This document shows positions 8,811 to 18,608 of a stretch of DNA of 42,305 nt, piece after piece. Origin of the DNA: Pseudomonadota bacterium (GTDB lineage Bacteria; UBA10199; 2-02-FULL-44-16; JAAZCA01); contig JBDRBN010000058.1 in NCBI GenBank assembly GCA_043822785.1, forward strand, positions 1-42,305, written 5' to 3'. Position numbers and translations under genes: made by a program. A model generated the notes under the pieces. That model was not told the DNA's origin, did not search any database, and saw only the letters and a program-made list of their open reading frames with translations. Position 1 is the first letter of the stretch, and every line of letters starts with the position of its first letter.

Positions 8811-9878
8811 ATGAGTGAGCAACTATTTAAAAATAAGCTGGTGGTCGGGCCGGCGCCGCATCTGGGAACTAAAGATTCCATTCCGCGCATCATGTGGAGC
8901 GTGGTCGTTGCCCTTGTGCCGGCGATGATCGTGGCAGCAATCAACTTTGGGTGGTATGCAATCGCAGTTACAGTTGTATCCATCATCACGGCGGTCGTTA
9001 CTGAGGCTGTCATACAGCGCTTTCGCGGCGCGCCCATAACCGTTTCTGATGGCTCGGCAGTTGTTACAGGACTTTTGCTTGCCATGTGCCTGCCGCCCAA
9101 TGTGCCTATATATGCGCCGATAGTGGGCAGCTTCTTTGCCATAGCTGTGGCCAAGCACGCATTTGGCGGGCTGGGTTTTAACATATGGAATCCGGCTTTG
9201 GCAGGAAGAGCATTTTTGCTCGCTGCATACTCTGGCGCAATAGTCATGGCAAAGTGGCCCATTCTACAGCACGTATTTTCAGGCAGTATATTTGGTGCCG
9301 ATGCAGTGACAAGGGCTACGCCCTGCGCGGTTATGAAGTCAGCGCCTTTTGCGTTCTTTGAACACTACTCGCTCGGCCAACTATTTTTAGGCAATGTGCC
9401 TGGTTGCATTGGCGAGACCTCAGCGCTTGCCCTCCTCATTGGCGCAAGTTTATTGATCATAAAAAAATACATCAATTGGCGTCTGCCGCTCGCGTATATA
9501 CTCACGGTCATGATCCTTACGGTCATGCTTCCTGTTCCTGATGGTAGTGGTGGATATTATACGCTTTGGGGCGGACGCTATTGGGCTGAACCTGGTTTTC
9601 TTTTTTCACGCGCGATTGCAGAGGCCTTGTCCGGAGGGCTTGTGCTGGGCGCCTTTTTCATGGCTACGGATATGGTGACAAGCCCTCTAACGTCGAAAGG
9701 TCAGGCTTTCTACGGCATAGGCTGCGGCGTGTTGGTTGCTGTCATTCGTCTGTATGGCGGTTATCCTGAGGGAGTTTGTTATTCAATACTTATCATGAAC
9801 ACAGTGGTATGGCTAATCGATAAAATAACCATACCGCGGTTCTTTGGAGAATTAAAACATGGCGCAAAAAATGCCTGA
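8811..9878 (+). CDS. rnfD: Rnf complex subunit D
   Basis: DGSAVVTGLLL, KHAFGGLGFNIWNPA, FMN-site-like DAVTRATP, GCIGETS, FFMATD, GGYPEG. Confidence 0.96.
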   Translation: MSEQLFKNKLVVGPAPHLGTKDSIPRIMWSVVVALVPAMIVAAINFGWYAIAVTVVSIITAVVTEAVIQRFRGAPITVSDGSAVVTGLLLAMCLPPNVPIYAPIVGSFFAIAVAKHAFGGLGFNIWNPALAGRAFLLAAYSGAIVMAKWPILQHVFSGSIFGADAVTRATPCAVMKSAPFAFFEHYSLGQLFLGNVPGCIGETSALALLIGASLLIIKKYINWRLPLAYILTVMILTVMLPVPDGSGGYYTLWGGRYWAEPGFLFSRAIAEALSGGLVLGAFFMATDMVTSPLTSKGQAFYGIGCGVLVAVIRLYGGYPEGVCYSILIMNTVVWLIDKITIPRFFGELKHGAKNA

Positions 9879-10482
9879 TTGGCTCAAGTTTCCGCTCGTG
9901 CTTGTGATTGTTTCGGTGATATCCGCAGGATCGCTTGCGGGCTTGGGGGCGCTTACCCAAAAGGGCAGAAAAGCGATCGAGGATAAAGAGACCGAAGCAG
10001 CGCTGAAGATCGTATTGCCCTCTGCAGATTCATTTCATATTAGAGAAGCAAGCGTGGACGGACACAAATTTTCGTATCGCATTGCCATGAAAGGTGAGAA
10101 TGCCGTAGGTTATGTGGTTGAAGGATCTGCAACCGGCTACTCGAGCGTTATAAAAGTAATGGTAGGCGTGGACAGCAATTTTGTCATACAGGGCATCAAG
10201 GTGCTTGCACAAAAAGAAACCCCAGGCCTTGGCGATAAGATACAAGAGCTGCTTTCAAAGAAAACTTGGGGCACTGTGATTACCGGCTCAAGCCCTGACG
10301 AGCCAGGTCTGCGCCCTTGGTTTCAGGTGCAGTTCGACGGCAAGAAGGTGCCTGTAAAGGTGGACAAGGATGGCGGAGACATCGAATCAATAACCGGCGC
10401 TACCATCTCCTCGCGCGCTGTATGCGAAGCAGTGAATGAAGCAGTCGAACGACTAAAGAAGGCAGTGGGTGCTAAGCAATGA
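9859..10482 (+). CDS. rnfG: Rnf complex subunit G
   Basis: N-terminal TM, ETPGLG, flavinylation motif ITGATISS. Confidence 0.95.
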   Translation: MAQKMPDWLKFPLVLVIVSVISAGSLAGLGALTQKGRKAIEDKETEAALKIVLPSADSFHIREASVDGHKFSYRIAMKGENAVGYVVEGSATGYSSVIKVMVGVDSNFVIQGIKVLAQKETPGLGDKIQELLSKKTWGTVITGSSPDEPGLRPWFQVQFDGKKVPVKVDKDGGDIESITGATISSRAVCEAVNEAVERLKKAVGAKQ

Positions 10483-10849
10483 ACTTCACCTGCGGCAGCC
10501 CCTTGAAGTGCGAATCCATGGTGACGACGATTGAACCTGAAAAAAGCGCGCACGTATATATCATGGCGTCCGCCATTGGAATATTATGTTCGAGACTCAC
10601 GTCCGCGGCTTTAACGGCAAGACCTTGATCAATTGACACTGCACTTTGTGAAAACCGCTCCATTTGCGCAAGCAGCAGCACCGCCATCTGTTCGCCCCTT
10701 TCCTTTCTTATTTTCTTATAGACTTCGTATGTCACAATTGAGGGAAGGATTATCTTGTGCGGGTGCCTAAGAAATTTCGAAATCGTTCCCGACTTTTGGC
10801 CGCCTATGAAATATTCCAGCCATGCGGACGAATCTATTATGACGTTCAT
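10472..10849 (-). CDS. vapC: PIN-domain toxin (VapC family)
   Basis: IIDSSAWLE, YE, MADAMI, VTMDSHF acidic PIN motifs; 4-bp overlap with the antitoxin. Confidence 0.92.
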   Translation of the reverse strand: MNVIIDSSAWLEYFIGGQKSGTISKFLRHPHKIILPSIVTYEVYKKIRKERGEQMAVLLLAQMERFSQSAVSIDQGLAVKAADVSLEHNIPMADAMIYTCALFSGSIVVTMDSHFKGLPQVKFIA

Positions 10850-11055
10850 ATTCTTTCTTCCTCATCGCGGACCCCTGCGACATCCATACCTCGGCATATG
10901 CCTTTTAAATGCGCTGATGCCACTTCAGGAATAAGATAGATGACATTGTCTTTGGCATATATCATAAGCCTTTGCCCTGGCTTGATGCCGACCGCTTTTC
11001 TCACGTCTTTAGGAATTACAACCTGATATTTTGGCGAAACCCTTGCGTATGTCAT
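10846..11055 (-). CDS. AbrB/MazE-type antitoxin
   Basis: VSPKYQVVIPKDVRKAVGIKPGQRL AbrB signature; SD GGAGG. Confidence 0.92.
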   Translation of the reverse strand: MTYARVSPKYQVVIPKDVRKAVGIKPGQRLMIYAKDNVIYLIPEVASAHLKGICRGMDVAGVRDEEERI

Positions 11056-11066
11056 TTATGCCTCCA

Positions 11067-11114
11067 TGTAATACGTTATGTCTATATTGTAATACGATAT
11101 GGGTATATTGTCAA
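11067..11114 (-). promoter_or_regulatory. Sigma70 promoter and probable operator of the TA operon
   Basis: TTGACA (11114-11109) - 17 bp - TACAAT (11091-11086); direct repeat CGTATTACA twice (11096-11088, 11075-11067). Confidence 0.75.
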
Positions 11115-11175
11115 ACCGCGAACTCACGGAAAAATGCGTCAATAAATTGGACATAATTTACAGAAATTATCATTT

Positions 11176-11222
<47 letters not shown>

Positions 11223-11322
11223 GATATCAGTAAGATAACCCATTTGATGAATCGGCACAGGTTTTGCTTAGTTAAGTTTAGTCGAGTCCGTTTTTGTCCA
11301 TCATTTTCTTTGGAGGTGCATC

Positions 11323-12867
11323 ATGAAGAAAAGACTTTTTATCATCATCATAATGCTTGTTGCGCTTTATCCTCTTATGGCCAGTCAACAGGGTTGCAAA
11401 GAAAAAGAGATGATCATGGAGGAGGGTGTGGTATCCGAAGAAGAAGAGGCAGATATAGATACACAAGCTCCCCCCTCTGAAATTCTCCCTGTTCCAGAAG
11501 AAGAAACAAAAGAGCCCGAAGTAGAAGCTGGTGAAACTACGCCTCCGAGCACTGAGCCACTCCCTCAGGAAGAGGAAATTACGACAGAAGGAGAAATTGA
11601 AGAGAAAGAAGAGAAGCCGGCATTTACCCAAATGCCTATAGTGATATCTGAAATAAAGTTAAAAAAACCCGGAGAGCTAACATCTGCTATCGAATTGAAA
11701 CTAGACGAATTGAGACTAGGAGAAAAATATAAAATCGATTCTAAACTTCTAGAAGGGTACTCTCTAGGCAAGAAGTCCATATGTGCTGATGAAGACGTGA
11801 TGGTGGGCATTAAGATCAGGCATGGGGATATTATAGATAAAATTGTATCGATCAAATGTAAGCCTCTTTTAAAGTTGGCAGATAAAAACACAGCACCAAC
11901 TGAAGTGCCGATAAATGTCGGTGGAAATGGTGGTGCAGTCTCTGAGATCATTGCAGAGACAGGCTTTGCCCTAAACCGGTTTAGCATGAAGGAACTGTAT
12001 CGAGAGAAAGATAATAAAATATATCCTGTGGTCGGTGAGATCGCCATGAAAGAGGTAAAAGTCGATAAAGAGGAAGGAGTTCTTGATAAAACGGTTGCTC
12101 AAGCAGGGCAAAAATTTGGAAAAGGAGACAGCAATTACCCTTGGATTGCTGTAAATTGTCCGCCTAAATATGTCTTAAAAGGTTTTTTTGCAATGAGTTA
12201 TACAAATTTTGTTAACAGTGTAGGCGCCGTATGTCAGCGGGTGTATGCGGCTGGAGAACTGCCCCCTAAAGTACCCAAGGGACAGGCTGCACTTGGAGAA
12301 GGTTATGCATCTTCTTTATATGGTGGGCATGCTTATGGTCCTTCAGTCTTTGGAGATATTAAAGGATCCTATTTCGAAAAACAATGCCCACCTGATAATG
12401 CCATGGTCGGTTGGAAGGTGCGGGCCGGAGACATTATCGACAAGATAGGGACGATCTATTGCAAGAATGTAAATAATCTTACAAATGATAATATAACTCC
12501 AGTCGCTGTCCTTGTTTTAGCAGGGGGAGGAGGCGGCACAGTGGTTTCGGAGCAAGCCCCGGCTGGATATGTGCAGTGGGGATACACGATATCGTCTGGA
12601 GTGTGGCCTAGTTGTGACGATTGTATGCTTATTTCTAGGCTAACTGCCTTCTTGTGTGGAGTTTCTTACTCCAATGACTACTGGCATTTGCAGTATGGAT
12701 CTAAGCCTATGAAAACATTAGGAAAGGGCTTTGCAGTAACTCATTTCCAAGGGGGCGGCGACCAAGTTTGCCCAGAAGGTTATGTACTTACTGGTCTTAG
12801 GGGGCTAGCAGGTGAGTATGTAATTTCTTTAGGCATTATTTGCCGAGATCTCATCACCGGCGAGTGA
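11323..12867 (+). CDS. Exported or lipid-anchored protein with acidic linker and repeated Cys-bounded beta-prism (jacalin-like) motifs
   Basis: SD GGAGG; signal ending in GC; Glu/Pro/Thr-rich linker; repeats CADEDVMVGIKIRHGDIIDKIVSIKC, CPPDNAMVGWKVRAGDIIDKIGTIYC, CPPKYVLKG...VGAVC, CPEGYVLTG...LGIIC. Confidence 0.7.
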   Translation: MKKRLFIIIIMLVALYPLMASQQGCKEKEMIMEEGVVSEEEEADIDTQAPPSEILPVPEEETKEPEVEAGETTPPSTEPLPQEEEITTEGEIEEKEEKPAFTQMPIVISEIKLKKPGELTSAIELKLDELRLGEKYKIDSKLLEGYSLGKKSICADEDVMVGIKIRHGDIIDKIVSIKCKPLLKLADKNTAPTEVPINVGGNGGAVSEIIAETGFALNRFSMKELYREKDNKIYPVVGEIAMKEVKVDKEEGVLDKTVAQAGQKFGKGDSNYPWIAVNCPPKYVLKGFFAMSYTNFVNSVGAVCQRVYAAGELPPKVPKGQAALGEGYASSLYGGHAYGPSVFGDIKGSYFEKQCPPDNAMVGWKVRAGDIIDKIGTIYCKNVNNLTNDNITPVAVLVLAGGGGGTVVSEQAPAGYVQWGYTISSGVWPSCDDCMLISRLTAFLCGVSYSNDYWHLQYGSKPMKTLGKGFAVTHFQGGGDQVCPEGYVLTGLRGLAGEYVISLGIICRDLITGE

Positions 12868-12899
12868 AGTTTATGGAGTGTAACAGAGGGAGGCGTCAA

Positions 12900-14744
12900 A
12901 TGAAGATATATCATCTAAGAGTTCTTATGATCGTAGCTTTAGCAGGCATGCTGATCATTTCTGCATGCAAAAAGGGTGGTGGCGGCGAGGAGGGTGTCGG
13001 AGGTGAGGCAGGTGAAGCCGAGATCACCCCAGCCCAGCAGCAATATGAAAGCGCAATCGAAGCGCTAAAATCAGGGGACATTCGAGGTGCGCGCGATAAA
13101 TTCACACAAGCTATTGAGGAGCAGAGCGCAAGCACAAATCCGGCAAGTGCTAAGGTAAAGAGCACAACTGATTTGACTATGATCCTGCCTCAATCGCACT
13201 TTGGTCGTGCGCTCACCAATTTGATTCTGCTCATAGAAAGCGCGCCAATCACCGATTTGCTTGCGGGATTTGGACAAAACCCATGGAGCATCGACTCCAT
13301 TTTTGGATCTTCAGGCTATCTTTCACGCCTCAATAACATTTATGGCGCAGATTCCATAAATATCAATGTCAGCGGCCAGATAAACGGTACAATTGATAAG
13401 CCTTATGCAGTTACTGACTCTTACGAAGGAATCTGTTCTATTTATGGTCCTTCTTGTAGCCAATTTTCCATAAACTCGAAAATCGATGAGATCGGATTCG
13501 GCAATGCTGAGGATCTTTGGCTTGCATTTAAACCCGAAGTGCTTGCTTCCGGTCCATCTAAGGCAAGTGGAAAGTGTAATTTCAGCGCAGGAGCTACTCT
13601 AACGCCGAGTGATGCTTGCACAATCACACAGGGCAACGAACAAGATAAGGAATACTTATTCGAGGCCTCGTTTGGCGGCAATGGATATTATTTTAAAACC
13701 GATGAAATCAAGAGTACTGGCTCTGTTACAGTAGATAAACTTGGAAAGAACATAGGAGATACAATAGCAGTAACATTCAATAATCTTACACTCTTTGATT
13801 CGAACAATAATACAATAACACTCAGCGGCACATTTGAGGATAAGTTGACCGAAAGGAACGCTTCAGCAAAAGGTCTTGGTTTTCCGTTCAGCACAATGTG
13901 TAAAGAAAAAAATTGTATCTTTAGCCAAATGAAGTCTGGCTATCGAACGAGCAATGCTATTGCTATCTTAACGGGTCTACAGCCATTGCTCGACGATATG
14001 GTAGCAGATTTGGAAGTGGCAATATCGTCTCCAAGCACTAGCTTTGATATCCCCAAGGAGCTTTTTTTTGGAAGCCAAAATATGCATGTATCTCATGCTG
14101 ATATGTTGTTCTTGCTCGGTGCAGTCTATGAACTAAGGGCAGCGATAAATCTTTTAAATTCCTGGACTGCAGACACGGCTCTTCATGGCCTTATGGATTC
14201 GAATGGTAATTTTATCGGGAATAAAAATGCGGTGCTTACAGAGCTCAACCAATTCTTTCATCTCAAACCCGACAACGAACTGAGCCAAGCGCAAACAAAT
14301 TTTTCAAATTCCTTTGGTTATTTCATTCAAGGGTTGGACGAAGTCTTGAGTGGAACTGCACAGGGTGTAGTGACAAAGAGCGCTGATAATCAGCAGTTTT
14401 ATGACGAGATACGCGATATGGTAGTTAGTGGAAACTCTGCCCTGCAAGGCTCTGCGCAGATTGCATGGATAAATCCTGTAATAAATATGGACCTTGCATA
14501 TCTTTTGGGCGGAAATGTAGATGGCTCAAAGATAAACTCCTATCCATTTGTTCTCGATAAACAAGGAAATATTAAAGCTGTGGAGGCTTATTTCAGTCAA
14601 CTCATGCAAAATGTTTGTAGCTATAGCCTCACATCAGGCCAAGGCGTTAAGGTATTTTCTGACGCGGTACGGGCGACGAGCGATCTTATGCAAAAGGCGT
14701 TGCCCAACATCCTCGTCAACAATCGTTTTGGAGGAAAGAAGTGA
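12900..14744 (+). CDS. Hypothetical lipoprotein with TPR-like N-terminal helices
   Basis: SD GGAGG before ATG 12900; lipobox ISAC; Gly/Glu linker; YESAIEALKSGDIRGARDKFTQAIE. Confidence 0.75.
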   Translation: MKIYHLRVLMIVALAGMLIISACKKGGGGEEGVGGEAGEAEITPAQQQYESAIEALKSGDIRGARDKFTQAIEEQSASTNPASAKVKSTTDLTMILPQSHFGRALTNLILLIESAPITDLLAGFGQNPWSIDSIFGSSGYLSRLNNIYGADSININVSGQINGTIDKPYAVTDSYEGICSIYGPSCSQFSINSKIDEIGFGNAEDLWLAFKPEVLASGPSKASGKCNFSAGATLTPSDACTITQGNEQDKEYLFEASFGGNGYYFKTDEIKSTGSVTVDKLGKNIGDTIAVTFNNLTLFDSNNNTITLSGTFEDKLTERNASAKGLGFPFSTMCKEKNCIFSQMKSGYRTSNAIAILTGLQPLLDDMVADLEVAISSPSTSFDIPKELFFGSQNMHVSHADMLFLLGAVYELRAAINLLNSWTADTALHGLMDSNGNFIGNKNAVLTELNQFFHLKPDNELSQAQTNFSNSFGYFIQGLDEVLSGTAQGVVTKSADNQQFYDEIRDMVVSGNSALQGSAQIAWINPVINMDLAYLLGGNVDGSKINSYPFVLDKQGNIKAVEAYFSQLMQNVCSYSLTSGQGVKVFSDAVRATSDLMQKALPNILVNNRFGGKK

Positions 14745-15373
14745 ATGCGGTGATGTCGTTCATGAAGGCGTTGAGGAAGTGGGTCGTGATTTTGGGATAT
14801 ACTGTATTAGCAATGACAGTTGTTTCTCCTACGGCATTTTCCTCAAGTTCCGCTAGTTCTGCACGTGCATTCGTGCAGAGCATTGCACAGACAGCGTTTG
14901 GGGTGATGCACAAGGCAGACAGGGAAGAGGCAGATCGTGAGTTTGCACAGGGCTTTTATATGCCGGGCTTTGCCAAGCGATGCCTCGTCGATCACTGGGA
15001 TGAAATCACAAAAGAGCAGCAGGCCGAGTTTATTGAGGTGTTTACCTGCACCCTTCGCAAAAAACTCGCAAGCGTTATCACCGACCGCCTAAAAGACAAG
15101 AGATTCACATACAGTATAGGCAAGGCTCGTAGAGCTAAGGGTGGGATTGTAACCGTAACGTTGCACGCGAAGATCAATGGCGCAAACATTGATTTTGTGT
15201 ATTTTATAGTTAAGCTGGGCAAAAGCTATATGCTTGTCGATTACGAAGCCGACGGCGCGCTTCTTTCACGGCAGTACCAAGGCCACTTTAATTTTCTCAT
15301 GGATAAATACGGCTTTGATGGCATGTTGGACCGAATGCGCAAGAAATTTGTGGAGTGTAATATCGGGTCATAG
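14741..15373 (+). CDS. MlaC/Ttg2D-like periplasmic protein
   Basis: Signal peptide; AKRCLVDHWDEITKEQQAEFIEVF; LVDYEADGALLSRQYQGHF...GFDGMLDRM. Confidence 0.75.
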   Translation: MNAVMSFMKALRKWVVILGYTVLAMTVVSPTAFSSSSASSARAFVQSIAQTAFGVMHKADREEADREFAQGFYMPGFAKRCLVDHWDEITKEQQAEFIEVFTCTLRKKLASVITDRLKDKRFTYSIGKARRAKGGIVTVTLHAKINGANIDFVYFIVKLGKSYMLVDYEADGALLSRQYQGHFNFLMDKYGFDGMLDRMRKKFVECNIGS

Positions 15374-15383
15374 AATCTGCGTT

Positions 15384-15725
15384 TTAAACCACCATCTCGC
15401 TTGCAGTACGTACTAAATGCATGAGTTCGAATGGCCTTGGAATTATAAGGTCGGCATTTGGCGCCTCTTGTTTGATATCTTTTTCAACCATTCCTCTAGG
15501 CGGTATCACCACTACCTTGGCTTTACTTGGTGCCTTTTCAAAATCATCCTTTTTGAACGCCTTTGAGCCTTCTGCCATGTCAAAGAGTATGAGGTCAGCC
15601 TTGCCTGATTTGGAAGTGCTGTCTATGGTCGCAGCTGTTTTTACCTTCCATCCGTCAAGCTCAAATGCCAAAGTGAGCATCCTTCTCATCTCCGGATCCG
15701 GGCTTATTATGATAATTTTCTTCAT
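15384..15725 (-). CDS. Single-domain (atypical) response regulator receiver
   Basis: Receiver pattern with DLILFDM; acidic pocket and conserved Lys altered (ISPD, PRPF); SD GGAGG. Confidence 0.75.
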   Translation of the reverse strand: MKKIIIISPDPEMRRMLTLAFELDGWKVKTAATIDSTSKSGKADLILFDMAEGSKAFKKDDFEKAPSKAKVVVIPPRGMVEKDIKQEAPNADLIIPRPFELMHLVRTASEMVV

Positions 15726-15780
15726 GATGCCTCCGATTTAGCTACTTTAATAAAAATAGACTCCTGTGCAAGGGGATATA

Positions 15781-15903
15781 GCGAGACCGGCGATTGTCAT
15801 TGCGAGCCTAGCGAAGCAATCTCCGTAAAGCATTGGCTTTAAGGGGATTGCTTCGTCGCCCTTTGGGCTCCTCGCAATGACATTCCTTTCTTGCTTGTCT
15901 CGC
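15781..15903. repeat. RPE-like element copy 2 with GCGAGAC/GTCTCGC flanks
   Basis: Near-identical inverted partner of 17033-17176. Confidence 0.9.
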
Positions 15904-15983
15904 GGGTCTTGCCTTTCTCGCCATTCTATTGACATCTTAACTACTGCTTGGCTATTGTGCGGAAACTTTAGGGGGGTATTCCA

Positions 15984-17030
15984 ATGGCGCAGACGATGAA
16001 GGCAATACAAAAGGCAAAAGCAGGACCTGGGGCCAAGCTCATTAGCGCGCCTGTGCCTAAGCCCACCTCACACCAGGTTCTGGTTCGCGTCAAAGCAACG
16101 TCCATCTGCGGAACCGACATACATATTTACAATTGGGATGCGTGGTCAGCCGGCCGCATAAAGCCGCCCATGATCTTTGGCCATGAGTTTGCCGGAGAGG
16201 TTGTGGAGGTGGGCGCGCAGGTAGAGCACATCAAGGTGGGAGACCATGTGTCAGCCGAGACGCACATTCCATGTAGGGGTTGCTATCAATGCCGCACAGG
16301 TCAGATGCATATATGCAAGAATGTCAAAATTCTGGGCGTGGACTGCGATGGCTGTTTTGCTGAATACGTTGCGGTCCCTGAGATATGTTGCATACGAAAC
16401 GACAAGTCACTTCCTTGGGAGATCGCTACTGTCCAGGAGCCCTTTGGCAATGCGACTTACACCGTAAGCGAGAGCAACGTGTCGGGAAAGAGCGTCGCCA
16501 TATTGGGCAACGGACCCATAGGGATATTCGCGGTCGGCATTGCGCGCGCTTATGGTGCGACAAACATCATAGTCTGCGGAAAGCACAAGTTTCGCCTCGA
16601 TCTTGTTCGAACTTACGGCGCCGATCATGTAATCGATGTTGCTAAGCAGGATGCGCGCGAGGCCATCATGGATATAACAAAGGGTGAGGGCGTGGACGTA
16701 GTCCTGGAGATGAGCGGTTCGGAGAGGGCGATCCACGATGGATTGGCTTCAGTCAAGCGCGGCGGCACGTTCACTGCATTCGGCATACCGTCAAAACCGA
16801 TTCAGTTAGAGCTCGCAGAGGAGGTCGTGTTCAAGGGCATCCGCATTTTGGCGATCAACGGCCGAAAGATGTTTGAGACGTGGTATGAAGTGGGCAACTT
16901 GCTGAGATCAGGACGTGTGGATGTGAAGCCTGTCATTACTCATGAATTTCCGCTAGAGAAAATCGACGATGCAATGGCCATGCTCACCGCCAAGGAGAAG
17001 AAGGCGGGAAAGATAGTGTTGAAACCATAG
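15984..17030 (+). CDS. tdh: L-threonine 3-dehydrogenase
   Basis: ICGTDIHIYNWDAW, GHEFAG, VSAETHIPC, QEPFGNA, GRKMFETW; adjacent to kbl. Confidence 0.96.
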   Translation: MAQTMKAIQKAKAGPGAKLISAPVPKPTSHQVLVRVKATSICGTDIHIYNWDAWSAGRIKPPMIFGHEFAGEVVEVGAQVEHIKVGDHVSAETHIPCRGCYQCRTGQMHICKNVKILGVDCDGCFAEYVAVPEICCIRNDKSLPWEIATVQEPFGNATYTVSESNVSGKSVAILGNGPIGIFAVGIARAYGATNIIVCGKHKFRLDLVRTYGADHVIDVAKQDAREAIMDITKGEGVDVVLEMSGSERAIHDGLASVKRGGTFTAFGIPSKPIQLELAEEVVFKGIRILAINGRKMFETWYEVGNLLRSGRVDVKPVITHEFPLEKIDDAMAMLTAKEKKAGKIVLKP

Positions 17031-17032
17031 TT

Positions 17033-17176
17033 GCGAGACCGGCGAGAAAGGAATGTCATTGCGAGGAGTCCGCCAAGATTTGTGGCGGACGACGAAGCAA
17101 TCCCCTTAAAGCCAATGTTTTACGGAGATTGCTTCGCTACGCTCGCAATGACAATCGCGTTTCTCGCATGTCTCGC
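17033..17176. repeat. RPE-like element copy 3 carrying a TCCGCC...GGCGGA mini-hairpin (17069-17089)
   Basis: Matches the reverse complement of copy 2 including the loop ccccttaaagccaatgYtttacggag. Confidence 0.9.
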
Positions 17177-17191
17177 AAATAAGGAGTATAT

Positions 17192-18382
17192 ATGTTCAAC
17201 TCATTAAAACCCATTCTTGAGAAAGAGATTGCTGATATTCGAGAGCAGGGTTTATGGAAAGAGGAGTGGGAGATTCTTTCGCCCCAGGGTGCCGAGATAA
17301 AGGTTTCCGGCGGCAAGGTCATAAACTTTTGCGCGAACAACTACCTCGGTTTGGCCGACCATCCGAAGGTTATCGAAGTGGTCAAGAAATCGCTGGATAA
17401 GTATGGCTATGGAACCGCATCCGTGCGTTTTATCTGCGGTACGTTCGATGTGCATCGCCGGCTGGAAAAGGAACTCTCAAAATTTTTCGGCACCGAGGAT
17501 ACGATACTCTATTCTTCATGTTACGAGGCCAACGAAGGTCTTTTTGAGACCATACTCACAGATCAGGATGCCATAATTTCAGATCAGCTGAACCACGCCT
17601 CCATCATCGATGGCGTCAGGCTTTGCAAGGCAAAGCGCTTTCGCTTTGCCAACTCGGATATGAATGATCTTGAGGCTCGCCTTAAAGAAGCAGATGCAGC
17701 AGGCGCAAGGCTTAAGCTCATTGCAACCGATGGCGTGTTTTCCATGGATGGTTATTACGCACGGCTCGAGGATATCTGCAACATAGCGGAGCGTTATAAC
17801 GCTATAGTCATGGTCGATGATAGCCATGCTACAGGGTTTGTCGGAAAGACTGGTCGTGGCACACCTGAACACTGCGGCGTCATGGATCGTGTCGACATCA
17901 TCACCAGCACCATGGGCAAGGCCATGGGCGGAGCTGCAGGTGGATTCACCACTGGCCGCCGCGAACTCATAGAGGTTTTACGCCAGCGCTCAAGACCTTA
18001 TCTATTTTCAAATGCCCTGCCACCCATGATATGCGAGGCCACACTTGTGGTTCTTAAGATGCTTGAGCATACAACTGAGCTAAGAGACCGCCTTGAGGAA
18101 AATACGAACTACTTTCGCAAGGAGCTGGGGGACGCAGGACTTAAGATACTCGAAGGCGCCCATCCCATAACTCCCATCATGTTCGGCGATGCAGCGCTCG
18201 CAGCTGACGTTGCACGCGATATGCTTAAAGAGGGCGTATATGTGAAGGGCTTCTCTTACCCGGTTGTTCCCAAGGGCGCAGCGCGCATACGCTGCCAGGT
18301 ATCGGCAGCCCACACCAAAGAGCACCTCGATAAAACCGTCTCCGCCTTCACCAAAGTCTGCAAGAAACACAATGTCATCTAA
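17192..18382 (+). CDS. kbl: Glycine C-acetyltransferase (2-amino-3-ketobutyrate CoA ligase)
   Basis: [57 protein letters not shown]. Confidence 0.97.
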   Translation: MFNSLKPILEKEIADIREQGLWKEEWEILSPQGAEIKVSGGKVINFCANNYLGLADHPKVIEVVKKSLDKYGYGTASVRFICGTFDVHRRLEKELSKFFGTEDTILYSSCYEANEGLFETILTDQDAIISDQLNHASIIDGVRLCKAKRFRFANSDMNDLEARLKEADAAGARLKLIATDGVFSMDGYYARLEDICNIAERYNAIVMVDDSHATGFVGKTGRGTPEHCGVMDRVDIITSTMGKAMGGAAGGFTTGRRELIEVLRQRSRPYLFSNALPPMICEATLVVLKMLEHTTELRDRLEENTNYFRKELGDAGLKILEGAHPITPIMFGDAALAADVARDMLKEGVYVKGFSYPVVPKGAARIRCQVSAAHTKEHLDKTVSAFTKVCKKHNVI

Positions 18383-18400
18383 TATGTGAAATATTTTGAA

Positions 18401-18469
18401 AAAGGTGTCGGACCCTTTTGACGCTGTAACTCATTGTTATATAGTGTGAAAAAAGGGTCCGACACCTTT
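18401..18469. repeat. REP-like perfect 19-bp inverted repeat
   Basis: aaaggtgtcggaccctttt (18401-18419) / aaaagggtccgacaccttt (18451-18469). Confidence 0.85.
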
Positions 18470-18566
18470 GAAGCCGCAACTGATTATTTTAAAAGAAGAA
18501 ATTATAAGTTTATCGTGGTGACGGGCATTTTCTAACCGAAGAACGAATTACGAAGAACTAACTTCG

Positions 18567-18608
18567 CCCGCCTGCCGGCAGGCAGGAAAAAGCGCGAAGC
18601 GCTTTTTT
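18567..18608. terminator. Mini-palindrome plus probable bidirectional terminator
   Basis: cccgcctgccggcaggcagg followed by aaaaagcgc-gaa-gcgcttttt between convergent genes. Confidence 0.55.
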
